Shown here: one piece after another, positions 7,518 to 16,310 of the stretch
Numbering within the stretch: position 1 is the stretch's first letter
How the letters are laid out: every line of letters starts with the position of its first letter
Source: a bacterium
Lineage (GTDB): Bacteria; Bacteroidota; Ignavibacteria; Kapaibacteriales; UBA2268
Assembly (NCBI GenBank): GCA_024710535.1
Contig: JANJUO010000279.1
Location: 1-56,238, forward strand
Length of the DNA stretch: 56,238 bases
Reading direction: 5' to 3'
Made by a program: the position numbers and the translations under genes
Notes under the pieces: model-generated
Databases searched by the model: none
What the model was told of the DNA's origin: nothing
What the model saw: the letters and a program-made list of their open reading frames with translations, nothing else

Positions 7518-8947
7518 TGCATTTCTCCGGTCAGAAACTGGTACTGCCGATCGATCTCGGCGCGGATCTCGGCGAGGTTGCGCACCAGAACAGCATGCTC
7601 GGCGGGATGCTTCTGGCGCATGTAGGCGGCCCGTCCTTCATCCCACCAGGCCGTGCAGCCCATGCACTCGGGTGCGCGTCTGGCCCCGCTGTCGTAATAG
7701 TCGGCCAGCGGCAGCCCCTCGTCCTGCAGGTAGGCGGATACCCGTTCTCCTGTCCAGCTCTGGATCGGATACAGGAACTCGAAGCCCTCCCCAACGTCGC
7801 CACTGCGGTAGGGTGGACGGTTGAACTCGTCGTCGCGCTGGCCGCGCACGATCAAGGTGATTCCGTCAGCGATCATGCGCTGGTGCATCGGGTGCATGAG
7901 CGATCGGGCGCAGCATTCGTAGCGGCTTTGAATCTGCAGTGCACGCCCGGACACGTGGCGCCCAACGTATGCATGGTTGTCGACCGGTACCAGATCTGAG
8001 GGCATGCCGAATTGCTCGCGGACTGCTGAGACATCAGAGACGATGCGCTCCAGCTTCACGCCGGTGGCGGCCAGATCCGCCTCGACGCGCGCAACTACGT
8101 CACGGGTCGCCGGGAACTGATCTCCGGTGTCCAGGTGGTAGATCGTCATCTGATGCCAGTACGGCCGAAGCAGATATAGCGCCGCGGTGGAGTCGCGCCC
8201 ACCGGAAAACTGAAACCCGACTCGGGTGTGCCTGCTCATGGCCCAAGCCACAGGATCAAGGCCCTGCTCTTGACGCACAAAGCGCCAGGTAGCGGGCCAC
8301 ACATCCCCGACCACGACATCAAAGACATCAGGCCCCATCACTTCGCGAAGCCGGTTCACGGCAGGTTCATGAATCAGCGACTCGTGCAACCGAAAGCCCG
8401 CCAACGCGGCCGAGTGGCACACCGCCTGATTGGTATGCGCCGCCGCCCCCAGGCGATGCCACATCACGAGGTTGTCACCGCTGGCTCGCACGTAGTCGAA
8501 GATGAACAGCACACCACCAGGCTTGAGCACACGCCGCACCTCCCGCATCGTAGCGAACCAGTCGGCAGAGTGGCACATGGCGAAGTTGAACATTACAACG
8601 TCAACAGTCCCATCGGCTATCGGCAGGTGATTAAAGTCGGCCAAATGCACGTTGAGGCCTGAGGCCTTGCAGATCTCGGCTTGGTGCTCGTTGTTGTTGA
8701 CCAGGATGAACTCCAGGTCTGGGCGCTCCGCCCCCATCAATGTGGCCACCGCACCAACACCGCACCCCGCGTCAAGCACCACAGCACCTGCCGGCGGATC
8801 CATGAGCTGCAGCAGCCGCCGGACGTGCCCGTACTCGCTGGGCTCCAGAAGCGCGCCATTGAACACCGTCATGCCCTTGGCCATCAACGCATCGGTGGCA
8901 GACTCAAGTTGTCGCATCAGATCCTCATCAAATTGCGATGGATGCAT
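7514..8947 (-). CDS. Fusion of a class I SAM-dependent methyltransferase with a PAPS-reductase-like PP-loop ATP pyrophosphatase
   Basis: N-terminal half has VVLDAGCGVGAVA and LKPGGVLFIFD. C-terminal half has FSGGRDSTAALY (SGGxDS PP-loop), RGQRDDE and CMGC. ATG 8947 (MHPSQFDEDL) is preferred over the track start at 9073, whose upstream part is R/P-rich junk. Confidence 0.7.
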   Translation of the reverse strand: MHPSQFDEDLMRQLESATDALMAKGMTVFNGALLEPSEYGHVRRLLQLMDPPAGAVVLDAGCGVGAVATLMGAERPDLEFILVNNNEHQAEICKASGLNVHLADFNHLPIADGTVDVVMFNFAMCHSADWFATMREVRRVLKPGGVLFIFDYVRASGDNLVMWHRLGAAAHTNQAVCHSAALAGFRLHESLIHEPAVNRLREVMGPDVFDVVVGDVWPATWRFVRQEQGLDPVAWAMSRHTRVGFQFSGGRDSTAALYLLRPYWHQMTIYHLDTGDQFPATRDVVARVEADLAATGVKLERIVSDVSAVREQFGMPSDLVPVDNHAYVGRHVSGRALQIQSRYECCARSLMHPMHQRMIADGITLIVRGQRDDEFNRPPYRSGDVGEGFEFLYPIQSWTGERVSAYLQDEGLPLADYYDSGARRAPECMGCTAWWDEGRAAYMRQKHPAEHAVLVRNLAEIRAEIDRQYQFLTGEMQ

Positions 8948-9782
8948 AAATACCGACACCGGTACCAACAGCACCCCACATGCCGGCTTCTTCTTGGGCT
9001 GCGGCATTGCGAGCGTTGTTGTAGATGCCCGCCTGGGTGCCGTAGAGCTGGGCTGCCGTCGAACCAGAACCACTGGCAGCGCCAGCGGCGGCCGAGTAGC
9101 TACTGTTCATGCCCGCCACACCCTGGTTGACTACGGTCACGCCCGCGGTACCGTTTGTCAGACTGTTCTGGGTCGTCTGCATGGCCATCGCCGGGTAGCC
9201 CGACAAAGAGTTCGCAGCACGATCGGTCAGCGCGCGCCCTTCCCACCGGGCAGCTTCTCGGGCATCGTTTCCGGATGCAGCCTTGATACCGGCCTTTGCC
9301 AGGCTTGCAGCATTGGCATCCACGCCAAACCGCGTGGAATTGGGGTTGACGCCCATGCGGGTGAGACTACGGACACGATCCTGGTCAGCGCTTGCGGCAG
9401 CCGTCTCAACGTCGGCCATCGCCTTGCTGGCCAGCTCCTCCTGCCGGCCGGGCAGGTTGAACTCGTCGGCCTCCTTGATCATCCGGTTTTGCTGGGTGGT
9501 GAGCTGCCCACGGCGCTCCAGCATGTACCGGCGATCTTCTCGCGAGTCTGCATAGGCGGTTCTTGCCGCCATGAGCCCAAACTGCATCTGCTGCTGCTGC
9601 AGGGGGGCCAGGGCGTTGGCATTCGCCATGATCGACTTTGCGGCATCGGCCTGAATGTTCAGCGAATTGATCTGAGCATCAACCAGGCGCGGGTCCGGTG
9701 GAGGCGTTGAGTTCCCGCCGCCACCAAGGTACAGCCGAATGCCGTCACCCCAATACCCCTCGTGCTTACTGCGAATCAACAT
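8928..9782 (-). CDS. Hypothetical virion/internal (ejection-type) protein (284 aa)
   Basis: ATG 9782 follows AAAGGA. The sequence is Ala/Gly/Asn/Gln-rich with a hydrophobic C-terminus (GAVGTGVGIYASIAI) and lies in the virion module. Confidence 0.7.
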   Translation of the reverse strand: MLIRSKHEGYWGDGIRLYLGGGGNSTPPPDPRLVDAQINSLNIQADAAKSIMANANALAPLQQQQMQFGLMAARTAYADSREDRRYMLERRGQLTTQQNRMIKEADEFNLPGRQEELASKAMADVETAAASADQDRVRSLTRMGVNPNSTRFGVDANAASLAKAGIKAASGNDAREAARWEGRALTDRAANSLSGYPAMAMQTTQNSLTNGTAGVTVVNQGVAGMNSSYSAAAGAASGSGSTAAQLYGTQAGIYNNARNAAAQEEAGMWGAVGTGVGIYASIAI

Positions 9783-10218
9783 AGCGGCATCCTTTCGCCC
9801 ACATGACGTAGATCACAACGTCGCCGCCATCCTCTGCAGCTCCAGATAAAACCGCCTCGGGCTCAAACCCAAGGTGCTCCGCAAACGTGCGGCATTTCTC
9901 ATTGCTCGCCTCGACATACCCTGTCAGCCGAGACAGGCCGCAAACCTTGAATGCATACAGAAACGGGATGCGAACAGACTGCCTGTTGAGCCAGCGCTTG
10001 TCTTCGACGGCAGCAACATGCACCCAGGCGTTGTGACGCCCGATGTTCTCGAAGATCACCCCGGCCACCAACTCTCCGCGCCTGCGCCAGCCGATCCCGA
10101 CCATATGGTCCCGCCGCTTCACGCCAGGTACCCGCGCACGAACAAAGTCGAGCACGGGTTCAAGCTGGTACTCGATGGCCTGGGCAGTCATGGCGGCCCA
10201 TGCTGCCATGCTTGGCAC
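9766..10218 (-). CDS. GNAT-family N-acetyltransferase-like protein
   Basis: The sequence (ELVAGVIFENIGRHNAWVHVAA ... CGLSRLTGYVEASNEKCRTFAEHLGFEPE) fits the GNAT core pattern. The start is uncertain: GTG 10218 or ATG 10209. Confidence 0.6.
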   Translation of the reverse strand: MPSMAAWAAMTAQAIEYQLEPVLDFVRARVPGVKRRDHMVGIGWRRRGELVAGVIFENIGRHNAWVHVAAVEDKRWLNRQSVRIPFLYAFKVCGLSRLTGYVEASNEKCRTFAEHLGFEPEAVLSGAAEDGGDVVIYVMWAKGCRYVDSQ

Positions 10219-10221
10219 GCG

Positions 10222-10413
10222 CTATTGCAGGCGCTCTGCGATAGCGTTCAGGCGCTCAATCACCTGGGACAAGGTAGCGTTGCTGGGCAGTGGCGCTAGC
10301 TTTTCAAATCCCCGGGCCTGCCCGGTGATCTGGTCTAAATTCTGCTTGACCGCACTCAGCGCCTGATCAAGTGAATGCTGACCAGTGCGAACCGCTGGGA
10401 TCGACTGCTTCAT
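10222..10413 (-). CDS. Small hypothetical protein (63 aa)
   Basis: ATG 10413 overlaps the upstream stop (ATGA). The sequence is protein-like and helical. Confidence 0.65.
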   Translation of the reverse strand: MKQSIPAVRTGQHSLDQALSAVKQNLDQITGQARGFEKLAPLPSNATLSQVIERLNAIAERLQ

Positions 10414-12407
10414 GCCGAGAACTGAGCCAATTCATCCATCGACTGCGCGATGGTGACGTTGTGAATCCTGACGCTGCCTGAAATCCCGATCGATACGGTT
10501 TCCTGTTTGAATCCGTCAGGCAGCGGGAACGGCGTTTCGTTGGGGACCTCCTGGGTGTAAATGGCCTTGCCTTTCTCGTACAGCGTGAATTGAACCTTCT
10601 TCTGGGTTCTCCGCGGAATTGGAGTTAGGTTGCTGCCATTGATCTCGACATCCAGAAACCCGAACGAGAGGACGTGACCGCCAACAGAATCAGCACCTTC
10701 GGCCAGGAGCAACGCATTGTTGTCCACCTCGGTAGTCGGGTCCGGTGGCTGCTCGCTGTAATTGGCATGCACTTGCGCAACCGAGAAGTTCAGGGGTTTG
10801 CCAAGTTGAAGCACCGGGCTGATCCAATCCGTGAACATCGGATTGGCCTGATCAGCATCCCAGCGAAATATCTTGGATCCCTTGGCCAGGTACAACTCTC
10901 CGTCGAGCTCATTGCGCAGCAGAGCATCAGCCCACTCGGTGATTCGAACGTCGCTATCTGGCTCCGTTGCATCGAACGAGATCATCCGGCGACCGTCCAC
11001 AGTCTGGTGAACGGCCATGTACTTGCTGTCGTGGAACACGCCCACGAACGAGGCGGGATTCAAAGCCTTCCATTCGTCTTTTCGGTAGAGCCTGGCCGTC
11101 AGGTTTCGGTTGTCCCCAGGGGCAGCCAGCCAAAGGCCGTCATGCGACGGATAGAGCACGCCGCCGCCGACGTTGGCCGCGCCGCGCTTGCTCACGCACG
11201 GCGCATAGGTCTGCAGCACCGTCGGGCTCATGCTCTCGGGGTCCGTGCCCGTGAACATGATCGGGAAGCTCTCGGTCAGGACAATGATCGAATCACCAGC
11301 GTCGGCCGCGTGAACCCCTCGGCCAGAAAATGCGTACCTGTTTGATGCTGGCCAAGAGTACGGCAGGTAGGGCGCCGACAGACACAGCTCATTGTCGGCA
11401 ATGCCGAACAGACACCCGTTGGGCAGCACGCCGAGGCTTTTCAGGTTCGCCGGAGGGGGAAGCCCACCGATGGTTTCCATCGCCCCGCCCAAAGCGGTGC
11501 CCGCGATGGTGTCGTTGTAAGTGGCGTCAGCGGCCGGGATCTCGGCAACAAACAGAAATGTGCCAGCAGTCCCTGCGGTTCGGTAAATCCGCTTCTTCAT
11601 CCCCGACGTGTTGTACGGGGCCGCTCGTTCCCACGTCACAGAAGCGCCAACCGACCATGGGCCGCGAACGATCTCAACCTGGTTCGACGCGGCGATCACA
11701 TCAACCAGCCGGTGGGACTCCACCACTCCGTCAATGGACAGCTTCAGCGTCTGGTGCTTGGCTATCCCAAACACGGTGTTCAAGGTCAGCCGAAGCCTCC
11801 CGGATGACAGAGCCGATACCGCCGTCACCGTGCCCGAATTCGGGGGCGCGGCCTGCAAGTTCGTCAAAGCCCAAGTCCCGTTGGCATTGCCGGTTACCAC
11901 GTCAGATGCAGGTGATGGGCCAGACTCAGCGCCAAGAGCATCTACGTAGGTGTACGCATAGGCGCGAGACTCGGTGGGTGCAGCTCCACCAGAGACAGTA
12001 AGCCCGGGCTTCTGCGTTGGCAGGGGCAAGCCAAGTGCAAACCATGCAGTTGGATAAGGCAGCGTGTCGATGGCCAGGTCGAACGTCGACATCCGAGGTT
12101 CAAACTGATCCGACGACCAATAGAACCGGCCTTTTTCGTCGTTCGCAAGCGGAGAAAGCACCAGGTCGACGTCTTCGGAAAAGGTGAGCCAATTGTCCTG
12201 AATGCCGTCGTCGGTGATGTGCCGATAGCGGAAGAATGTCGAGATCTGCCGCCCGATGTCAATCGTCGTCTCAAGCCCCGCAATGGGATCGAGCGCACCG
12301 CTCGTGATCTTGCAATTCACCGCCCGCTGGGCGAAGTTGGGCAGAAGCAGGCGCTCGCTCAAGCGAGGGACCTGCCCGCGGATGTCTTTGATGTGAATTG
12401 CAGCCAT
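10410..12407 (-). CDS. Tail protein (665 aa), nozzle/tubular-type
   Basis: Large beta-rich protein in the tail module next to the fibre genes. The function is assigned from size and position only. Confidence 0.6.
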   Translation of the reverse strand: MAAIHIKDIRGQVPRLSERLLLPNFAQRAVNCKITSGALDPIAGLETTIDIGRQISTFFRYRHITDDGIQDNWLTFSEDVDLVLSPLANDEKGRFYWSSDQFEPRMSTFDLAIDTLPYPTAWFALGLPLPTQKPGLTVSGGAAPTESRAYAYTYVDALGAESGPSPASDVVTGNANGTWALTNLQAAPPNSGTVTAVSALSSGRLRLTLNTVFGIAKHQTLKLSIDGVVESHRLVDVIAASNQVEIVRGPWSVGASVTWERAAPYNTSGMKKRIYRTAGTAGTFLFVAEIPAADATYNDTIAGTALGGAMETIGGLPPPANLKSLGVLPNGCLFGIADNELCLSAPYLPYSWPASNRYAFSGRGVHAADAGDSIIVLTESFPIMFTGTDPESMSPTVLQTYAPCVSKRGAANVGGGVLYPSHDGLWLAAPGDNRNLTARLYRKDEWKALNPASFVGVFHDSKYMAVHQTVDGRRMISFDATEPDSDVRITEWADALLRNELDGELYLAKGSKIFRWDADQANPMFTDWISPVLQLGKPLNFSVAQVHANYSEQPPDPTTEVDNNALLLAEGADSVGGHVLSFGFLDVEINGSNLTPIPRRTQKKVQFTLYEKGKAIYTQEVPNETPFPLPDGFKQETVSIGISGSVRIHNVTIAQSMDELAQFSA

Positions 12408-12411
12408 GGCA

Positions 12412-12981
12412 TCAGTCGAGGCTAAGGACTCCAGCGCTGCCGCCGACTGGCAGGGTCAGGATGATCGGATCACGGGTAGCCTTGTCGATCATGGTCTGTC
12501 GCTCGGCGCTTCGAAGGGTCTCCATCTTCACGGCCGCATCGGCTTCCGCCTCCGCCTGACGGGCTGCAGCCGTGCGGGCGTTGTTGCGATCGGACAGCGC
12601 CATGCCACCAATGGCGATCGGGACCACTGTCTCGCGTCCGATGCCGCGGATCTCGCGTGCCATCTGGATGTTCTCGGATACCGCATCGGCTTCCTCGGCC
12701 AGCAGCAGTTCTTCGTTGAGCGGCACGAACACCTCGAAGCTCTCCGCCTGGATGGTGATCGGCTGTCCCTTCTGGGCCACCAGCTTGACGATGGGCTTCT
12801 GGTTGTTCATGACGGTCTGCACTTTCTCGTGGCGCTGCTGACGCTTCATCAGCGTGGTCGCCTCTGCGCTGGTGATGTTGCTGATACGGCCGTTGGTGAT
12901 GCTGGCTGTGGGAGGGGATACGCAGGCGGCCATGACGACTGCCATGAACATGGCCGTGATGAGGGTCAGTATTCGCTTCAT
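12412..12981 (-). CDS. Lipoprotein (189 aa)
   Basis: Signal peptide with lipobox (MKRILTLITAMFMAVVMAAC). Lies directly downstream of the spanin genes. Confidence 0.7.
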   Translation of the reverse strand: MKRILTLITAMFMAVVMAACVSPPTASITNGRISNITSAEATTLMKRQQRHEKVQTVMNNQKPIVKLVAQKGQPITIQAESFEVFVPLNEELLLAEEADAVSENIQMAREIRGIGRETVVPIAIGGMALSDRNNARTAAARQAEAEADAAVKMETLRSAERQTMIDKATRDPIILTLPVGGSAGVLSLD

Positions 12982-12984
12982 GGA

Positions 12985-13554
12985 TTACTCCTGGTTGGCT
13001 GGTTTGAAGGGTGAACGCGGCATGACGAACTGCCTCAGCGCTTCGGCGCGGCGGTGCTCGTAGTGGGCGCTGGCAGCAGATTCAACAAGGCCTCCAGATC
13101 CGAGTCCAATTTCTGCAAGATGGTCTCGACACGACGCTGCTGCTCTGAAGGATCCGGCGGCAAAGGCACGCGCGACTGTGCACTCGGCAGCGCCGATTCG
13201 CTGGTCGATCTCGGTGCCGCCGGCTGCGTCACGCACCCGCTGACCGCGAGCATGAGCACCAGCACGAGCATTGGCCAGGTCTTTGATGGTTTTGGCGTGG
13301 GCACTTTGGGCCTCCATGAGTTCGTTCGACAAGGTGGCCACGCGCTCGGCGCGCAGCAGGGCTGTGCGGATCTCGGCCTGCGCTTGCTGCAGCTTTTCCG
13401 CATTCCATGCAGCCTGAACCTCGGCGCGTCCGGCGTCTTTGCCGGCACCGTGGGTGTAAGCCAGGGCGCCGCCCACCGCGGCAGCCAGCGCCAGTACAGC
13501 CCCGGCGAGAATCGCCCAGCGGGTGGGGTTCATGAGGGCGAGGATGTCTTTCAT
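12985..13554 (-). CDS. Rz: i-spanin (Rz-like)
   Basis: ATG 13554 overlaps the upstream stop (TGATG). It has an N-terminal TM segment (WAILAGAVLALAAAVGGALAY) and then a coiled-coil Ala/Gln/Arg-rich periplasmic part. An Rz1 ORF is embedded. Confidence 0.75.
   Translation of the reverse strand: MKDILALMNPTRWAILAGAVLALAAAVGGALAYTHGAGKDAGRAEVQAAWNAEKLQQAQAEIRTALLRAERVATLSNELMEAQSAHAKTIKDLANARAGAHARGQRVRDAAGGTEIDQRIGAAECTVARAFAAGSFRAAASCRDHLAEIGLGSGGLVESAASAHYEHRRAEALRQFVMPRSPFKPANQE
13035..13271 (-). CDS. Rz1: o-spanin (Rz1-like), fully embedded in Rz in the +1 frame
   Basis: ATG 13271 gives MLVLVLMLAVSGC (lipobox) followed by a Pro-rich mature part of about 65 aa. This is the classic embedded Rz/Rz1 arrangement. 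Confidence 0.75.
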   Translation of the reverse strand: MLVLVLMLAVSGCVTQPAAPRSTSESALPSAQSRVPLPPDPSEQQRRVETILQKLDSDLEALLNLLPAPTTSTAAPKR

Positions 13555-13673
13555 CACCAGGCCACCGCAACCGCCAGGCCAAGCAGGCAAAGGATGGCAA
13601 GGCCGATGGCAGCGCCTACGATCACCGCGCCGCCCATGCCTTGCATGAACCAGATGGATTCACGTTCGTACAT
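13554..13673 (-). CDS. Small membrane protein (39 aa) in the lysis cassette
   Basis: MYERESIWFMQGMGGAVIVGAAIGLAILCLLGLAVAVAW. TGATG overlaps occur at both ends (with the endolysin stop and with the Rz start). Confidence 0.5.
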   Translation of the reverse strand: MYERESIWFMQGMGGAVIVGAAIGLAILCLLGLAVAVAW

Positions 13674-14593
13674 CACACCCTCCCCTCGTACAGCTTGGCA
13701 TCCTTGAACACCACAACGACGTGGTGCCGGTTGATGTCGCAGGCGGATCGGTTGCCATACAGCGGGGCCCTGGACTTCAGGCATATTCGCTCCACATGGC
13801 CATGCCATCGCTGGGGATCGCACCCCGGCTGCAGGCCGCACGCTCTGCGCTCCTTGTGCACGCCGCCCAGGCCGCCGTTGTAGGCGGCATCAGCGAAGCG
13901 CAGACGCTCCTGGCGATCGGTCACCGCCGCCAGAGCCGAGAAGTCGCCGCGCACCTTGAGAACCACAGCGCGCAACTGCAGGTCCGGACGGTGATAGACG
14001 TTCGACCAGTCCAGATCACGAAGCGCTGGGTGCTGCGCCCGCATTTCAACCAGGGCGTCGAAGCGCAGAGATCCGTCTTGGCGCCACGCCCGGGTGAGCT
14101 GGCCAAGGCCGGCTCCCTCCTCCCGATGCGTCTTGAGCTGGGACTTGGGATTCCAGCACTTGGACTTCAGCGCCGGGCACCCCGACTCGTGGTGAACCAG
14201 GCCAGCCAGGTACGAGCGTTGAGGCACGTTCGGCCACCGGGCATCAATCTCGGCCGACAAGATCGGCAGATACTGCTCGGCGCGCGGCGGTAACTCGGCA
14301 GCATTGGCTGATCGCCCGAAAAGGCCCAGCAGGGCTGAAAGCACCATGCAAACCCCCAGGAACACCAGGCCAGCCCCCACTGACGAGTCCTGAGCCCGGC
14401 GGGAAACCCGCTGCAGATCCAGGTAATCGAAAAGCCCCTTGCGCGCCAGGTGGGCAAACGCCACGGCAAGGACTGGTACAGCCAACGACATGACAAGCAT
14501 GCCGGTCATCAGGCCCTTGTCCGGGTCGGTGAAGAACAAGGTTGCCAGGATGGCGAACGATCCAAGCCCCATGAACCAGTGTCGAAATCGCAT
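13673..14593 (-). CDS. Lytic transglycosylase-type endolysin with about three N-terminal transmembrane segments
   Basis: The SLT-like catalytic region is LAGLVHHESGCPA ... GLGQLT ... AYNGG. The N-terminal ~100 aa has three hydrophobic helices. An internal Met gives MVLSALLGLFGRSANA-AE, which would look like a Sec signal peptide. Confidence 0.75.
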   Translation of the reverse strand: MRFRHWFMGLGSFAILATLFFTDPDKGLMTGMLVMSLAVPVLAVAFAHLARKGLFDYLDLQRVSRRAQDSSVGAGLVFLGVCMVLSALLGLFGRSANAAELPPRAEQYLPILSAEIDARWPNVPQRSYLAGLVHHESGCPALKSKCWNPKSQLKTHREEGAGLGQLTRAWRQDGSLRFDALVEMRAQHPALRDLDWSNVYHRPDLQLRAVVLKVRGDFSALAAVTDRQERLRFADAAYNGGLGGVHKERRACGLQPGCDPQRWHGHVERICLKSRAPLYGNRSACDINRHHVVVVFKDAKLYEGRV

Positions 14594-14594
14594 G

Positions 14595-14789
14595 TCACAC
14601 CCCTTCGGTTGAGACGCCCTTTACCTTCTCCCAGGCCTGGGCGCCGATGAATGCCACGATGGCAGCGATCAGAACGAGCTGCAGGTCGTCGCTGTCGAGC
14701 TTGTCTACCCAGGCAAGCACCCCGGCCTCAGCGCACACCACCAGGAAGGCGGTGAATCGCATGTTGGTGACGCGCTTGATCAGGTCCAT
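14595..14789 (-). CDS. Putative holin (64 aa, two hydrophobic segments)
   Basis: MDLIKRVTNMRFTAFLVVCAEAGVLAWV...LVLIAAIVAFIGAQAW. Lies immediately upstream of the endolysin. Confidence 0.55.
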   Translation of the reverse strand: MDLIKRVTNMRFTAFLVVCAEAGVLAWVDKLDSDDLQLVLIAAIVAFIGAQAWEKVKGVSTEGV

Positions 14790-14804
14790 GGTTGTGTCTG
14801 CCTG

Positions 14805-15119
14805 TTACAGCAGGCCGCTTTTTTTTGCCAAGAACATCAGCGATGCCGCGGCTGCAGCCCAAACACCGCGGTCGACCCAGATCGATGTGCGCGTGACCTC
14901 GGGCAGCCGCCTCTCGATCTCCGTCACCCGGTTCTCGATCTTCTCGATGGTCCCGAACGCGCGCTCGATCGCCTGCGCCATTTGCCCCTGCTGTTGCTCC
15001 ACCAGGGCCAACTTGTTGACTGCGCTGGTCAACTCCCTGAGGACGGTCTTCATCTCTCCCACGTCTTCATGAAGCATGCTCAATCGCTGGTTAAGCAAGT
15101 CGGTGGTGATGTCCGGCAC
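14805..15119 (-). CDS. Coiled-coil protein with a C-terminal membrane anchor
   Basis: GTG 15119 lies 6 nt after AGGA and downstream of the upstream stop at 15133; the track start at 15158 is also GTG. The C-terminus GVWAAAAASLMFLAKKSGLL is hydrophobic. Confidence 0.55.
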   Translation of the reverse strand: MPDITTDLLNQRLSMLHEDVGEMKTVLRELTSAVNKLALVEQQQGQMAQAIERAFGTIEKIENRVTEIERRLPEVTRTSIWVDRGVWAAAAASLMFLAKKSGLL

Positions 15120-15132
15120 GTTCGTTCCTCTG

Positions 15133-15657
15133 TCAGGTGTTTTGTTGGAAAAACTCACGTGTCACGTCTCGCGTTCCGGGTAGGTTCCAAATGACAGAGA
15201 CGAATTCGGCGACGCTCATGTCCTCGGATCCAGACAGGCCCATCGACTCAGCCACAGCCCGACTGCACCAGTAACCCAAGCCCGCAATCCGTACACCCTT
15301 CAGGTGCAGCAGAAACCGGGCAAACCACAAAGCAGACGACACAGCGCCAACCATGGAGTACGTGACACCCTGGCGCGCAGTGAACCATGCTCGGCACGTA
15401 TTCACGTCGGATGAGGGCACATCCAGGATCGTCCAGTGCCCGGGGTTGAGCTCAGTGGTGCGCACCCGCACCTGGTTGCCATCACGGACAGAGGCAGACG
15501 CGATCTCGGCCGATCTCCATGTGCCCCCCAAAATTGCTTCACAGTGGGTGTAGTTCCCATAGACCTCGGCGATCTGACCAAGCCTGATCAGGGCGTATCC
15601 CAAGCGGGCCTTGAGGCCGTCCTTCTTGTGGTCGCCGTGATAGAGCGCAACGAGCAT
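15133..15657 (-). CDS. Hypothetical protein (174 aa), possibly a permuted-papain/amidase-like enzyme
   Basis: ATG 15657 lies 7 nt after GGAGG (the track start at 15663 is TTG). The sequence is protein-like. The functional guess is weak. Confidence 0.55.
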   Translation of the reverse strand: MLVALYHGDHKKDGLKARLGYALIRLGQIAEVYGNYTHCEAILGGTWRSAEIASASVRDGNQVRVRTTELNPGHWTILDVPSSDVNTCRAWFTARQGVTYSMVGAVSSALWFARFLLHLKGVRIAGLGYWCSRAVAESMGLSGSEDMSVAEFVSVIWNLPGTRDVTREFFQQNT

Positions 15658-15659
15658 GT

Positions 15660-16310
15660 TCAACCTCCATAGGTCGGCGGCCAGCCAGTGGTGATGTCGA
15701 TGGCCTCGGGGTCCTCGGAGGTCATGATCTGGGCATAAAGGGCCTGCCCCCTGGCGTAGGAAAGTGCGCTCTGCGCCTCGATCGCCGTGGCGATTTCTTT
15801 GGCCAAGCCGGCCGTCATCGGCACGACGCCGTTGTCGTAGGTCTTCCAGCCAACCGGCTGACCGAGGATGGTCAAGACATCAGTGGCGGCACCACCAGAA
15901 GCGAGCACAGCATCAGCCTTCATGTCCAGTCGCATGAGCTTGAGCTGGCTTTCCGGGTCGGTCTGGAACCAGTGCCCTGCCGCCTGTACGCCGCCATACT
16001 CGCGGCGCGACCGCTCGGCCTTGGCCTGCTCCCAACGGGTCGCTCGACGCTCTGGCAATGAGGGTGGCGTATCAGCGATGACTCGCGCCGCTTCCCACTG
16101 ATCCAGCGCCATTTGAAAAGTCGCCAGATCCGTGATTTCTTCGTTGCGCACCGCCATATGCGTGATGGGGTCAACAATCTGAACTTCTCCGGCAACGTCG
16201 ATCCAGTTGACCGCGTGAACCTCTGGAGCGATCCACGATAAATCCAAGCCGCTGAAGCTGCGACCATTGACAGAAACAAAACCATCTGAAGGAATGATCA
16301 CCACGTTCAT
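15660..16310 (-). CDS. Tail fibre assembly/chaperone-like protein (DUF4376-like C-terminal part)
   Basis: ATG 16310 has SD GAGGA. The pattern W..Y DNGVVPMTAGLAKEIA is typical of the fibre-assembly family. It lies downstream of the fibre gene. Confidence 0.55.
   Translation of the reverse strand: MNVVIIPSDGFVSVNGRSFSGLDLSWIAPEVHAVNWIDVAGEVQIVDPITHMAVRNEEITDLATFQMALDQWEAARVIADTPPSLPERRATRWEQAKAERSRREYGGVQAAGHWFQTDPESQLKLMRLDMKADAVLASGGAATDVLTILGQPVGWKTYDNGVVPMTAGLAKEIATAIEAQSALSYARGQALYAQIMTSEDPEAIDITTGWPPTYGG

Noticed and set aside
12412-12981. The 189-aa lipoprotein as the o-spanin.
   Set aside because: A canonical embedded Rz1 (lipobox plus a Pro-rich ~65-aa mature part) exists inside Rz at 13035-13271. 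The 189-aa protein is too large and lies outside Rz.
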